Below, one piece after another: positions 48,930-62,179 of a stretch of 64,000 nucleotides of DNA. Source of the stretch: Glaucostegus cemiculus (Eukaryota); NCBI GenBank assembly GCA_976551045.1, contig CDPCPM010000176.1, forward strand, positions 7,750,001 to 7,814,000, given 5' to 3'. A program made the translations under genes and the position numbers. The notes under the pieces were generated by a model. That model saw only the letters and a list, made by a program, of their open reading frames with translations. It did no database searches and had not been told where the DNA came from. Within the stretch, counting starts at the first letter, position 1. The number at the start of each line of letters is the position of its first letter.

Positions 48930-50360
48930 TGGTACTGGTATTGGTTTATTATTGTCACTTGTACCGAGGTACAGTGAAAAACCTGTCTTACAAACCGATC
49001 ATTACACAGTGCAGTTACATTGAGTACAGGATAAAAACAGTAACAGTACAGAGTAAAGTGTCACAGCTACAGAGAAAATGCAGTGCAGTAAGGTGCAAGG
49101 TCACAAGGTAGACTCTGACCTCACGATCTATCTCATCATCTAAGGGAACCGTTCAATAGTCTTATCACAGTGGGGTAGAAGCTGTCCTTATCCAGAATAG
49201 GCCATCATGGACAAGGTATTAAATGGACTCCAACACTGCCTTTAAATTCTTGATCACAACTGCCAGGGGAGGTTGTGTGAGCAGAACGTTGAGCTCCAGA
49301 AAGAGAAGTGCTCCAGTGTGCGGGAAGGACAGGTTTACTTGGCCCTGAGGGTGGGTACAAGCAGTCTGCGACTGGTCAAGGGGAAGGCTGATTCTTGTCT
49401 AGGCTAAACACTGCCTTGGTGAAGCAGCCAGCATAATCAAAGACCCCACCCACCCAGGACATTCTCCTTTCTCTCTTCTCCCATCAAGCAGAAGATACAG
49501 GAGCCTGAGGGTATGTACCACCAGACTGAAGGACAGCTTCTACCCCACTGTGATAAGACTTGAAAGGTTCCCTTATACGATGAGATGGACTCTTGACCCC
49601 GCAATCTACATTGTTATGACCTGCACCTTATTGTCTACCTGCAATGCGCTTCCCTGTAGCTGTGACACTTTACTCTGTACTCTGTTATTGTTTTGACCTT
49701 ATACTACCTTAATATATTGTGTAGTAGAACATAGAACATAGATACCTACAGCACAATTCAGGCCCTTCGGCTCACAAAGCTGTGCCAAACATGTCCCCAC
49801 ACTATTAGGCTTACCCGTAACCTTCTATCTTATTTACCTCCATGTACCTATCCAACAGTCTCTTGAAAGACCCTAACATATCCGCCTCCACCACCATCTC
49901 CGGCAGCCCATTCCACGCACTCACCACTCTCTGAGTAAAAAACTTACCCCTAACATCTCCCCTATATCTTCCCCCAAGCACCTTAAACCTATTTCCTCTT
50001 GTGGCCACCATTTCAGCCCTGGGGAAAAGCCTCAAACTCTCTACTCTATCCATACCTCTCATCATCTTATACACCTCAGTCAGGTCCCCCCTCATCCTCC
50101 TTCTCTCCGATTTCTGGGACAGTGAGGCAGCAGCACTGACTGCTGTACCACTCTCCTGCCCTCTAGACCACCTCACTGTTCTCTGATGCCCTTTTCCTTC
50201 AGTGGGATCTGCATCTCTCACCTCTCCTGGTCTCTCAGTCTCTCTCTGCAACTCAATGTAACTGCACTGTGTAATGAATTGATATGTACCAGTGGTATTC
50301 AAGACAAGTTTTTCACTGTACCTTGGTACAAGTGACAATAATAAACCAATAGCAATACCA
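48930..50360. mobile_element. Nested cluster in MAT1A intron 8: Rex1-like (-) 48930-49190, Rex1-like (+) 49405-49720 and 50245-50360, CR1 (-) 49724-50105
   Basis: Direct similarity to 41040-41443 and to 57540-57917. Confidence 0.8.
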
Positions 50361-51899
50361 GCTCAAGAATATCACTGATCTTTGGTCTTTTCCAGGCACA
50401 GTCTAGCCTTAAACTGTGTTTTTGCTGGACCTTAGAAAAATATTGATATGGCTGCATCGCCTGCTGAACAGGGTGGGACCATGGGGGTGGCTTGAATCCT
50501 CAACTCCTTTTTGAGATCTCCTACTGAATGTCTATATCCTGTATAGTTGTCCTCCCAAATGTGTATCACCTCATAAATGATCTGCCATCTAAATGGCAGT
50601 TTGAAACATTCTCGAAGTCCCTTATGGTCCTTTTCATTGTTAACTGCCCACCAATTTTTGTACTGCCTGCAAGTTTTATTTTGATACTTCCCTTATCCAA
50701 GTCCAGATAATCTCCACACATTGAGCAGGGAAGCAGTGCCAGTCTTCACCACCGGATGGAACATAAATTGAACCTAATAAAGATCCAGACCCTTACACCA
50801 CAATGGAGGGGCTTTGGCGTGGAGCCTGAAGTGACAATGGCTAAGAATTATTGGAATATAAAGGTACAGGCCATCCAGCCAATGGGAGATTACGGTTATG
50901 TGGATATAATACAGAAGAACACAAGACAATCGGAGCTGGAGTAAGCCACTCAGCCCCCCACGCCTGTCCTGCCATTCGATATGATCAAGGCTGAATCATG
51001 CTGCTCTCAACTCCTCTTCTGTGCCAGTTTGCCATAACCCTCAATTCCTTGATCTTTCAAATATTTATCTCTCTCCACCTTAAATACACATATCTAATGA
51101 TTCACACCTGCAGGGGCAGAGAGTTCCCGAGATTCACCACCCTCTGAGAGAAGGTTAATGAAGGCTCTTCCCTTCTGTTGTCTGTCCCTTGGTGTTCAGT
51201 CTCTGATGGTTACCCTTCCTTGTCAATGTGCATTCTCTGTTCATTAAAAAGCAGTCCTATAATGTTCTCGGCTGGAAGCATTATGTAACGGTGCGTTGCT
51301 GGATTCTATGCACCAGGGAACTACAGAGAGACAATCGAGGGTTTGTACAGTGATTGCTGTTTGAAAATACTGTGGCCGGGAATGAAGGCAGCTTCCCATT
51401 CCAGGCAATTTACCTTCATTCATGCGGATAAAATCTCTCCAGCATTGTCCCAGATTCTGCGGGAATTGACTAACTTTCACTCCTTTGAGTAACAAAATAA
51501 CAGTGAAAGGTAAATTATAGAGAAAGCACCTTTGGGTCACTCACCTGTGTTATTCATAACAAAGGTTACCCCTCTGAGCAAATAATAAAGAAAAGTCACT
51601 GGAGCGGGAAAAGAATGAGCTTCATCCTTTGGACAGTTTGCTTGTTAGTTATAAAAGTGTGGAGATGGAGGATTGGGGCAAGGGGAGCTGTTCGACTTGG
51701 TGAGGCTTGGGAAGTGGGAGACCGTATGTTGAAGTTCCCAGGAATACCCCCAGTTGGAGCTGGGGACTAATGTTTACCATGTGCCAGGGATGATCTCACT
51801 GACTTAGTCATCTTAAATTGGGAGCTGGAGTGTTTCCTTGTGGCCAATGCATGGAACTGTGGGGACTCCCCAGAACAAAATGAAACACGTTCATTTTAC

Positions 51900-52033
51900 C
51901 TGACTATCACACCAGGACGAAGGTCAAAGTTCTTCCTCACGATTTCCATCAGAGCTTTGTCTCCCATCTGAGAAGTTCCGTATGAAAAGATGGAGATGGA
52001 GAGTGGCTCAGCAACACCAATGGCGTAGGCAAC
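51900..52033 (-). CDS. MAT1A: Methionine adenosyltransferase coding exon 8
   Basis: 134 nt, tccag/ ... /gtaaaa; [44 protein letters not shown](R); read manually, absent from the ORF track. Confidence 0.95.
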
Positions 52034-52089
52034 CTGGAGATTATGGCAGGGAGAGCTTGCTCAGAAAGTGGCTCTGGTAGGTAACCTGT

Positions 52090-52418
52090 TATGTAAGAGG
52101 CGGTGCCTCAAGAAGGTGGCATCCATCACTAAGGACCCAACACCATCCGGGACATGCCCTCTTCCCATTACTACCATCGGGGAGGAGGTACAGGAGCCTG
52201 AAGACCCACACTCAACGATTCAGGAACGGCTTCTTCCCCTCCGCCATCAGGTTTCTGAACGGTCCATGAATCCGTGAACGCTACCTCGCTATTCCTTGCT
52301 TTGCTGCACAATTTATTTTTATAATTTATAGCAATTTTATATCTTTGCACTGTACTCCACCTCAAAAAAACAAATTTCATATCATATAAGTCAGTGATAA
52401 TAAATCTGATGCTGATTC
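52090..52418 (+). mobile_element. Rex1/Babar-like LINE 3' end
   Basis: KRRCLKKVASITKDP, same tail as 14200-14536; lies about 55 nt from the exon 8 acceptor. Confidence 0.8.
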
Positions 52419-53519
52419 TTGTAATGACTGAATGCACAGCTCGTGCGCAAGAGGATAAAGCAATGATTACTGGCACAGAACTTCATAATTACAGCCAACC
52501 ATAATCATGTTCACTCACATCCAGATTTACACAGAGCTTGAAATAACTGAATGCACTCTCTGAACTACACCTAAACAAACACAATTGCTCACACCCATAA
52601 ACATTCACTCAAACTCATTCACAGATTTTTGGGCAGCACAATAGCGTAGCGGTTAGCGCGACGCTGTTACAGCGCCAGCGATTGGGGTTCAATTCCCGTC
52701 GCTGACTGTAAAGAGTTTGTACGTTCTCCCGTGTCTGCGTGGGTTTCCTCCGGGTGCTCCGGTTTCCTCCCACATTCTGAAAGACGTACGGGTAGGTTAA
52801 TTTGGGGGTTTAAAATGAGTGGCGCGGACTCGTTGAGCTGAAAGGGCCTGTTACCGCGCTGTAAATAAATAATAAAAAAATTTCCATCGACACTGACACA
52901 TACAGAGCGATATTCACTCACAACCACACAACCGTAAGTAGCTGTGTTGGTAAAAGTCCTGTCAAGTCAGGCACTCAATCAGCTTTGGGTTAGATCACCC
53001 TCCAGTGTTGTTGGATTCTGGAATTCCCAACCCAATGACTCCATGGCAGCGTTATCCGCTGGAGGGACAGGAACAAGGTCCATTTGCCTTTCTCAGAATG
53101 TCCATTGACTGCTCAGTGGACATATTCCAACAAAGGCAGCATATACTTCATAAACCATGGGCAATTTAGCAGATGGTTTAGATGCAATATTCTTCTTTGT
53201 ATAGTAAGTCGGGAGCAACATTTATAAATTGAGACTAGACAAAGGTATTTCATTTGTACTGAGGACAAGATCAGATGAGGGTTTTTTGATTTGAGTTGCT
53301 CTCTAGATGTGAACCTCCACCATTCCCTTCCCTAATGCAATCCCTTGGGGTCGAGGGTGACTCGGTCCAGGGCAGTACGGAGTGATGGAAGGTCTCTGTG
53401 CATGAAATCATTTGACATGGGACACCAGGTACCATTCGGATTTGGCAAAGTGTGGTCTTGGTCCAAAGGCAAGCAGCTCCCAGCTGACCAGAGACCAAGG
53501 CCTGTGGCACAGACCGAGT

Positions 53520-53520
<1 letters not shown>

Positions 53521-53583
<63 letters not shown>
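53521..53583. repeat. (CA)n microsatellite
   Basis: Perfect CA run next to an assembly gap. Confidence 0.97.
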
Positions 53584-53586
<3 letters not shown>

Positions 53587-54608
53587 AACATAGATGCACC
53601 CTCTAAGAACACACACAAACACGGTCTAAGCACATAACCTCACACCCANNNNNNNNNNNNNNNNNNNNNNNNNNNNNNNNNNNNNNNNNNNNNNNNNNNN
53701 NNNNNNNNNNNNNNNNNNNNNNNNNNNNNNNNNNNNNNNNNNNNNNNNNNNNNNNNNNNNNNNNNNNNNNNNNNNNNNNNNNNNNNNNNNNNNNNNNNNN
53801 NNNNNNNNNNNNNNNNTAATTCCGGACTGTACCCTCACCCAGTTCCAGCAGCCAAGCCTAACACAGACCACTCAAGCCCCAACACTCCCAGAAAACTTTG
53901 GGAGAATCACCTGCTCGCTGCTGCCTGAGGTCAGCTGATCACAGCCTCTTGGTGCGTTGTGGGTACGTGGGCCCCTGGAGTGCCCTTATGGTGAGACTGT
54001 CACCCTTACCTGGTGACCATCATCTCCCAGCACCGACAATGACCCGAGCCCCACACGGCCCCCGTCTCCCACACTATCTTGTGCTATTTGTGCATTCTGG
54101 CCTCATCACCCATGTCCCATTCAGATCCTATTTAGAACAACCCATGTTCTTCGAGGAGGGTGATACCCAGGGAGCCTTGAAGTTGGGTCTCAAAGGAGTT
54201 CAGTGACAGGGAATTGTCTGCACAGGTTGGAATACTGGGATCAAATGGTGCTGTAAATCAGAGAGCAGAGAAATGGGCCAGTTGGGATTGCTCGATTAAG
54301 GGCCACATGGCCTTCTCCGGTGCTGCAAGAATTCTATAGTTGCACCCCACTTCATAGTTAGTATGAGTTGCAGTATTGTTTGATCTCCATGTTCAAACCA
54401 GCCTGAATTCCTTTCCTAAAAAAGCAGCAGTCTAGAAATGACTGTATTGATATTAATGCATGGATGCTTAACACAGTGGAGATGGATTTCTGCGTTGGTT
54501 AAATGGAAGCTTTCAATAGAACCGGGGAATGCCGCCGTTAAAGGGCAGTCAGAGTAGAGCCACACAGAAACCCTAAGCATCTACGGTAAGAAGCTGCCGA
54601 GCCCTCAC

Positions 54609-54791
54609 CTGTACTAGGACACGTTTGCACAGACCGGCTTTCACCAGGGACTTGGCTACCCAGCGAGCAGCGTAAGCAGCAGATCGATCCACCTTGGTGT
54701 AGTCCTTGCCCGAGAAGGCTCCACCTCCGTGAGCTCCCCATCCCCCATACGTGTCCACAATGATCTTCCGGCCAGTGACTCCGGCGTCACC
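54609..54791 (-). CDS. MAT1A: Methionine adenosyltransferase coding exon 7
   Basis: 183 nt, ttcag/ ... /gtgagg; [61 protein letters not shown] with GGGAFSGKD signature. Confidence 0.97.
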
Positions 54792-54849
54792 CTGAACAAT
54801 CCAAACACAAGACACAAAATGGTTGCAAACCCATTACAAGCAGCTTCTG

Positions 54850-56300
54850 CCTTTGCATCTTAAACCTATGCCCTCTTGTTTCTGATCCTCCTACCTCGGA
54901 AAAAGGATTATGACCATCTGCCCCAACATAATGTTATACACCTCTATCAGTTCACCCCACAGCCTCCTTTGCTCCGGGTTAAACAAGCCCAGCCTGTCCA
55001 GTATCTCCCCAAAACTAAATCCTCCAATCAGGTAACAGCCTGGTGAATCTCCTCTGCACTGTCTCCAGCACAACCACATCCTTCCTACAGTGTGGTGACC
55101 AGAACTGCACACAGTACTCCTGGTGTGTTTAGTAACGTTGCAACATAATGCCCTGACTTTTAGATTCTATGCCTCGGCCTATGGAGGGAAGTATGCCATA
55201 TACCTCTTCACTACCCTAGCTACCTGTGTTGCCACTTTCAGGGAATTATAGAGTTGATCTCCAAGGTCCTGTTATTCATCAACATTCCTTAATGCCCTAC
55301 CATTTACTGTACATGTCCTACCCTGATTTGACTTCCCCAGATGCATCACCTCGCACTTGTCGGGATTAAATTCCACCTGCTCTCCGCCCAACTTTCCATC
55401 TGATCTATATCCTGCCGTAGCCTTAGACAACTTCCCTCGCCATCCACTTCACCACCAACTTTCATATCACCCACGAACTTACTAATCATTCCTTCTACAT
55501 TCACATCCAAATCATTGTTTTACATCATAAACAACAAGGGTCTCAGCACCGACCCCTGCGGTGCACCACTGGCTACAGACTTCCAATCGCAAAAGCAGTC
55601 TTCCACCGCCACCTTCTGCCTCCTATTAGCAAGCCAGGTTTGGATCCAATTAGCCAGTTCTCCAATGGATTCCATGTGCCTTAAGACTGTGAGGGATCTT
55701 GTCAAATACCCTTCTAAAGTCCACAACGTCCACCACTAATGTCAATCTTCATCCTTGGTAACCACCTCAAAAAACTCAATTAAATTTGTGAGGATTGGAT
55801 TTAAGATTAGGCTTGCCTCTGCATAAAGCCGTGCTGATGAAGGCCACTACCTTACCAAATGCACAGAAATCCTATCCCTTAGAATTTTCGCCAATAATTT
55901 CTCTGCCACTGATGTTAAGGCTCGCTGGCCTGTAGTTACCTGGTTTTTCCCTGCTACCCCTTCTTCAATAAAGGAACAACATTAACTATCCCCCAGTTTA
56001 CTGGTACCTCATTTGTGGCTAACGGACATGCAAAAATCTCTGTCAGGACCTCAGTTTTCTCCTCCCATAGCAACCCGGGGATTTATTAACCCTTATGTAT
56101 TCCATGACATCTAACACCTCCTCTTTCTTATTACTGACTTGCTCCACACCATCAACATACCCGTCCCTGAACTCACTACCTTTCATCTCCTATTCCTTGG
56201 TAACTACAGGTGAAAACAACTCATTTAGGATGTCACCCACATCCCCTGACTCAGCACATGGATTACCCCTCTCATTCCTAATGGGACCCATTCTTTCTTT
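54850..56300 (-). mobile_element. CR1 reverse-transcriptase remnant in MAT1A intron 6
   Basis: WIQTWLANRRQKV...SGAPQGSVLRPLLF (ORF 55520..55726) and LDRLGLF. Confidence 0.85.
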
Positions 56301-56848
56301 GGCCTGCTCCTTGCTCCTGAGGGAGTGGTCCCTCCTGTGAGGAAACAAGCTGGAAGGAACTGCTGGCCGGAAGGGGGCATAGATGCAACACCACCGCTAT
56401 GACTGTCCCACGCCCAGTGAACATGGTTTACAGCACCAGCGTGTCACTACCCTTCCTCAGATCAAGTACCGTGTGGTTTCATCTATGAAATGTTGACATT
56501 ATAGCAGGGATGCTTGGGACTGTAAATTAAGTTCGATAGCTGAAGGTTTTATGGCTGGATTGTACAGTGCCGAGATGGACCTTACATCTCACTCAATCCC
56601 TCTCCTCCTTGTTTCCTCATAACCCCACAAATGTGTCCTGCCACTGACTCTAGGTAATGTGTTTTAGATCACAGCAGCTCCCCCTGTAAAATAATTCCGC
56701 CATTTCCTCTCTGGGCCTTTTGCCGGTTCTCTATCCATTGAGACTCTGAGCAGTTTCTTCTCATCTGCTCTGACGAAGCTCCATTTGATTTGAGCACCTT
56801 CACTGGGTTGCTGCAGGTTTCTCAATTCACAATGTCCCTGCCACTGAC

Positions 56849-57067
56849 CTGAGGTCCTCCGATCACAAATCGCCCGCTGGGCTGGAGGTGATACACAGTG
56901 TTGTCATCCAGGTACTTGTGGGGGACCACGACGTCAATGACCTTCTCCTTCAGGGCCTTGCGCATCTCATCCAGCCCTATGTCTTCGTCGTGCTGCACAG
57001 AGATGACGATGGTGTGCACGCGGGTGGGGACGACCATCCCGTTCTCCTGGCTGTACTGCACCGTCAC
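56849..57067 (-). CDS. MAT1A: Methionine adenosyltransferase coding exon 6
   Basis: 219 nt, tgcag/ ... /gtcagt; [27 protein letters not shown]...[15 protein letters not shown]. Confidence 0.96.
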
Positions 57068-57200
57068 CTGCAGGGGAAGCGCGCCGACGGTGTCAGTCCT
57101 GCGGCCGACTCACCTCCTCCTGAACCCGAGCTGATTATGGCCCCGCCAATCCCACCTGCCGCCTTCAGCAATGGGAAACGTGGAATAACGTACAACGCAC

Positions 57201-57344
57201 CTGGGTTTTGGAGTCGGGTCGGAGCCACGGGAGGGTGTGGTCGCGTCGCAGCTCGGCCATGCGGGCGTTGAGCTGGTGTGCGAGTACAATTGTCAGCGGC
57301 ATGCACTCTTCTGTCTCATCCGTGGCATAACCGAACATCAGGCC
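57201..57344 (-). CDS. MAT1A: Methionine adenosyltransferase coding exon 5
   Basis: 144 nt, ctcag/ ... /gtgcgt; [48 protein letters not shown]. Confidence 0.95.
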
Positions 57345-57414
57345 CTGAGAAAGGGAAACAGGCGTGATTAGAGAGCAGGAAGGGGGACTGGGTCAGGGTC
57401 AGGGTAGATGTAGA

Positions 57415-57918
57415 ACACTACAGGAAGGATGTGGAAGCCATAGAGAGGGTGCAGAGGAGGTTTACAAGGACGTTGCCTGGATTGGGGAGCATGTCTTATG
57501 AAAACAGGTTGAGGGAACTCGGTCTTTTCTCCTTGGAGCGACGGAGGATGAGGGGGGACCTGATAGAGGTGTATAAGATGATAAGAGGCATTGATCGTGT
57601 GGATAGTCAGAGGCTTTTTTCCAGGGCTGAAATGGTGGCCACAAGAGGATATAGGTTTAAGGTGCTGGGGAGTAGGTACAGAGGAGATGTCAGGGGTAAG
57701 TTTTTTACTGAGAGAGTGGTGAATGCATGGAATGGGCTGCCAGAAGCAGTGGTGGAGGCAGATACGATATGGTTTTAAGAGACTGTTAGATAGGTACATG
57801 GAGCTTAGAAAAAGAGGGCTATGTATAAGCCTAGCAATTTCTAAGGAAGAGACATGTTCGGCACAGTGTTGTGGGCCGAAGGGCCTGTATTGTGCTGTAG
57901 GTTTTCTATGTTTCTATG
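57415..57918 (+). mobile_element. Young CR1 3' insertion
   Basis: ORF 57431..57778, close similarity to 3720-4218, (TTCTATG)n tail; about 70 nt from the exon 5 acceptor. Confidence 0.9.
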
Positions 57919-58473
57919 ATATCCGTGGCTCTGAGGTCAGCAGATTGTTGGGCACAAGAGACCTGTAGCAATGAGCTTACTACACAGAGCTCAGGGCTTG
58001 AGCGGCACGAGTTTTTAGACAAGGAGTCACTGAGCTGTTATAATGAATGCACAGCATTCATTATAACAGGGCATTCGGCCCATCTGGTTGATACTGATAT
58101 CTGGAGCCTCATCTCATCCTATCTCATTGGAGACACACGAGACTGCAGATGCTGGAATCTGGAGCAACAAACGCTGATTCAGGACCCCTCATCTGCCCTG
58201 AGGTAGGGTTTTGACCTGAAACGTCAACAATTCCTTCCCTTCCCACAGATGCTATTCGACCTACAGAGTTCTTTTTCATTTGGGTGCCAGTATATCTGTC
58301 CTTTCCACAGTCATTACTGCATTTGTCTGGTTTCCCCTTGTGATTGCCTCGCCTACCCATGATTTAGTAAGTTCCACATCTTTATTTCACTCTTTACCAA
58401 AAGCTTCTTCTGAATTTCTTATCAAAGATATTAATAACCAGTGGTTCTGTCTTAAGCATTTACCCTGGTTGTG

Positions 58474-58747
58474 AATTCCACATTATACCCCCACAATTCC
58501 ACCTTAAACCCCCACAATTCCACCTTAAACCTCCACAATGCACCTTAAACCTCCACAATTCCAACTTAACCCCCCACAATTCCACCTTAAATCTCCACAA
58601 TTCCACATTAAACCCCACAATTCCACCTTAAAACCCCACAATTCCACCTTAAACCTCCATAATTCCACACTAAACCCCACAATTCCACCTTAAATCATAA
58701 TTCCACTCTAAATCCCACAATTCCACCTTAAACCCCCACAATTCCAA
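58474..58747. repeat. 21-bp minisatellite, about 13 copies, in MAT1A intron 4
   Basis: Unit AATTCCACCTTAAACCCCCAC. Confidence 0.92.
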
Positions 58748-59284
58748 CATTCCGGTTCCTTTGTTAATGACTGAGGAACGGCTGGGAGTATCCCACTCGC
58801 TGTCATCAATGGCATGAACCCCGAATTTCTTCAGCCAGTGTGTACAGCTCTGCCCCTGTGCAGCAGTAAAGTGCATCCTGTCCCCTGTACGGACAGAGGG
58901 ACAACTCCTGTCACATTCCTGCTCATGGCTGCAATGCAGGTGACTCTTCTCTGTGGGTCCAACTCTCCCTCATGACTGCTGTGGGGATACACGGCAAAGT
59001 GTTGAACTTAGTGTTGCTAAGGGGTGAGAGCTGGCTAGGGAGGGGGAGCTGTGCGCTTTGATCCTGAAACAGTGGACTGTGGACTGTCAGAGACTTGTTC
59101 AATGTGACTGGTGCTTGAAGTGGCCACAAGCTCCAGGCAGGGCAGTGGTCAGGACATTGCCTTCCATAGGTGAGGAACATCACCCGCACATGGCCATTGA
59201 TTCTTCAACAACTGCTACTTTGTAGAAAGTCACCAACACACGTCACTGTGAAGGTAAGTGAAGGAGTCATTACCAGTTGCACAT

Positions 59285-60146
59285 ATAGAGTCATCAAGTC
59301 ATACAGCACAGAAACAGGCCCTTCGGCCCAACTCATTCATACTGACCAAGATGCCCATCTAAGGTAGTCCCACCTGTCCATGTTTGACCCCTCCCTCTTA
59401 ACCTTTCCTACCCATGTACGTCTAAGTATCTTTCAAATGTTGTTACTGTACCTGCCTCAAGCACTTCCTCTGGCAACTCATTCCATATACAAACCGCCCT
59501 CTGTGTGAAAAAGTTGCCCCTCAGGTTCCTATTAAATCTCTCACCTTTCACCGTCAACTTATGTCCTCTAGTTCTTGATTCCCTAACCCTGGGAAAAGAC
59601 TGCATGCATTCACTTTAACTGTGCCCCTTGTGATTTTATACACTCCATAACATCACCCCTCACTCTCCGAAACTCGCAAGGAATAAAAGTCCTAGCCTGC
59701 CTTACCTCTCCCTATATCCAAGTCCCTTGAGTCCTGGCAACATCCTTGTCAATCTTTTATGAGATAAGATCTCTTTATTGGGCACATGTTCATCAAAACA
59801 CACAGTGAAATGCATCTTTTGCGTAGACTGTAGAATGTTGCCACACTTCTGGCGCCAACATAGCACGCCCACAACTTCCTAACCCGTACGTCTTTGGAAT
59901 GTGGAAGGAAACTGGAGCACCCGGAGGAAACCCATGCAGACATGGGGAGAACGTACAAACTCCTTACAGACAGCAGCTGGGATTGAATCCAGGTCACTGG
60001 TGCTGTAATAGCGTTACGCTAACTGCTACACTACCATGCCTGCCTAACCATTTCTGCACTCTTCCCAACATAATGGCATCTTTCCTAAACAGGGTGACCA
60101 AAGCTGAATGCCATACTCCAAGTGTGGCCTCACCAACGTCCTGTAC
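59285..60146 (-). mobile_element. CR1 fragment interrupted by a V-SINE (about 59760-60043)
   Basis: ESRTRGHKL...NFFTQRAVCIWNELP; CR1 resumes after the SINE. Confidence 0.8.
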
Positions 60147-60327
60147 ATGTGCCGGTCAGTGTGGAGTCAGCCACTGGTACTGGGAGCTGCTGGGGTCCTG
60201 TTGGTACTGCTGAGGGAGGACTGGTGTCGGTGAGTTTGATAGCTGGAGATTCTGCAGTAGAAGTTGCCCCTTGGTTTGTACAGACGTGACCGGCAGTGAC
60301 CTTTGCTGATGCTGGCCGTTAACTCAC

Positions 60328-60440
60328 CTGGTCTCCAGCACCAATGTCTTCCTCGTCTCTGTCTAGGTGGACTCCCTGCGCGATGTCCGGAGACTGCTGC
60401 TCCAATGCAACCAGCACATTGCAAGTCTTGTAGTCAAAAC
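60328..60440 (-). CDS. MAT1A: Methionine adenosyltransferase coding exon 4
   Basis: 113 nt, tgcag/ ... /gtgagt; (G)[37 protein letters not shown], begins the GAGDQG signature. Confidence 0.95.
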
Positions 60441-62179
60441 CTGCAGAGAGGCAAACAGGGCCGCTGTTAACGATGCAGAGGGAGGAGCTTGAATCCAGGA
60501 CCAGGCCCTTCTTTTTGCTTTCTGATGCAATCCAGTGTCCGGTGGCAATAATCACCCACCTAAATTACCACAATAATCAAACTTCCTCAAATCCTAGACT
60601 GCTAATTTCTACTTGAGAATTACCTTGCCTGTACCAACCCAATATAATTTACAGCTACAAACAAGATACTGGAAGAACTCAGTGGGTCAGGCAGCACCTG
60701 TGGAGGGAAATAGACGGTCGATGTTTCAGATCAAGAGCCTTCATCCAGACCTATTGAGTTCCTCTAGCATTTTGTTTGTTGCTCTGGATTCCAGCATCTG
60801 CAGAACGTTGTGCCTCAGTATTATTTACAAATTGGAAGTGAAAAGGAGCAAATAGAACTTCATTGAGTTCTTGTCAAGTCCAATCTACTGACCCTGAGTG
60901 AACTGACACCTTCCCTCACTAAATAATGAAAGTATTTTGCTTTTGTGTGTGAGTACAGCTGAGGTTCTGGGTTGATATACTGCTGACTGCTCACAGGAGG
61001 CAACAGGAGGAGCCAGTCTCCATATGCACACCTGTGTAAGCGAGTGGTCAGTGATTTAGACAGGGTGTGGGGTCAGTTGTTTCTGGGTCACTGAGTAAGG
61101 ATGGTGCTGTGATTAGTTGGTGGGTGGTTTCTGCAGGTGTTTCATGAGTGGAGTCACAGAGTCATACAGCTTGGAAACAGGCCATTTGTCCCATCAGGTC
61201 CATACTGACCTGTGGTCACCCGTCCACATTAATCCCATCTTCCAGCACTTGGCCCATAGCCTCCAAAGCCTGGGCGATTCAAACGTGCAGTTAGCCACTT
61301 CTCTCCGGCAGTGTATTCCAGGTACTCACCACTCTCTGGGTGAGAAACATCCCCTCAGATCCCTTCAAAATCTCTTAAGCTTCACTGCATGTTTCGCTAT
61401 ACATGTGACTAATGAAAAAATCTTATCTTACGAATATATATCCTATAGTCTTCTTCTATGTCTGATATGGGGAAAAGTCCTGCAGTCTACCTTATTTATT
61501 CCCCTCATAATTTTATATACCTCAGACATGTCCCCTCTTAACCTCCTCTGCCTCGGGGAAAACAGATCCTGCCTCTCCAGCCTCTCCTCATAACTGAAAT
61601 GCTCCACCCCAGGCAACAGGGTGGAGACAGGTGGTAGTTTTGGGGTCCTGATAATACCGATGAGTGAGGACTGGTGTCGGTGAGTTTGACCGTTGGGGAT
61701 TTTGAATGAGAAGTTGCCCCCTTGACTCGTACAGGCTGTGGTTAACAGGTGCACAGACCAGGACATTTATGTTGTGTCACATCTGGGACAGCAGCTTCAT
61801 CCCTGAAAGAGGAGAGTCCTTGAAACAACACTGGGGTCGGGAGGGAGCTGGAGGGAGAGGACAATGTGCAGAAAGCACAGGCTGCACAGAATCAACACGA
61901 GCACGGGTCTGGACTTGATTCCTTGCAAGGTTGAATATCACTGTTGAGGCTCACAAATGAAGAAAGTTTATTTGCAGAAGATACCCAATATTTTCCAGAT
62001 GCCCAGAGAACTGACTCCAGCTGAAGTCTGTATCGTCTGGAAAGGATCTAGCAAACTGAAACTATCCTAGGAGTTTTCACGGAGTTTGGTAATTGAACAG
62101 AGTTGATCGTGATAAACCATAGGAATTTCAAAAGACTTTTAAATAATGTTAAAGTTTGACTGGATGAATTTTCACTGAC

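Noticed and set aside
58474-58747. CRISPR-like array
   Set aside because: Head-to-tail repeats without unique spacers, eukaryotic intron, no cas genes
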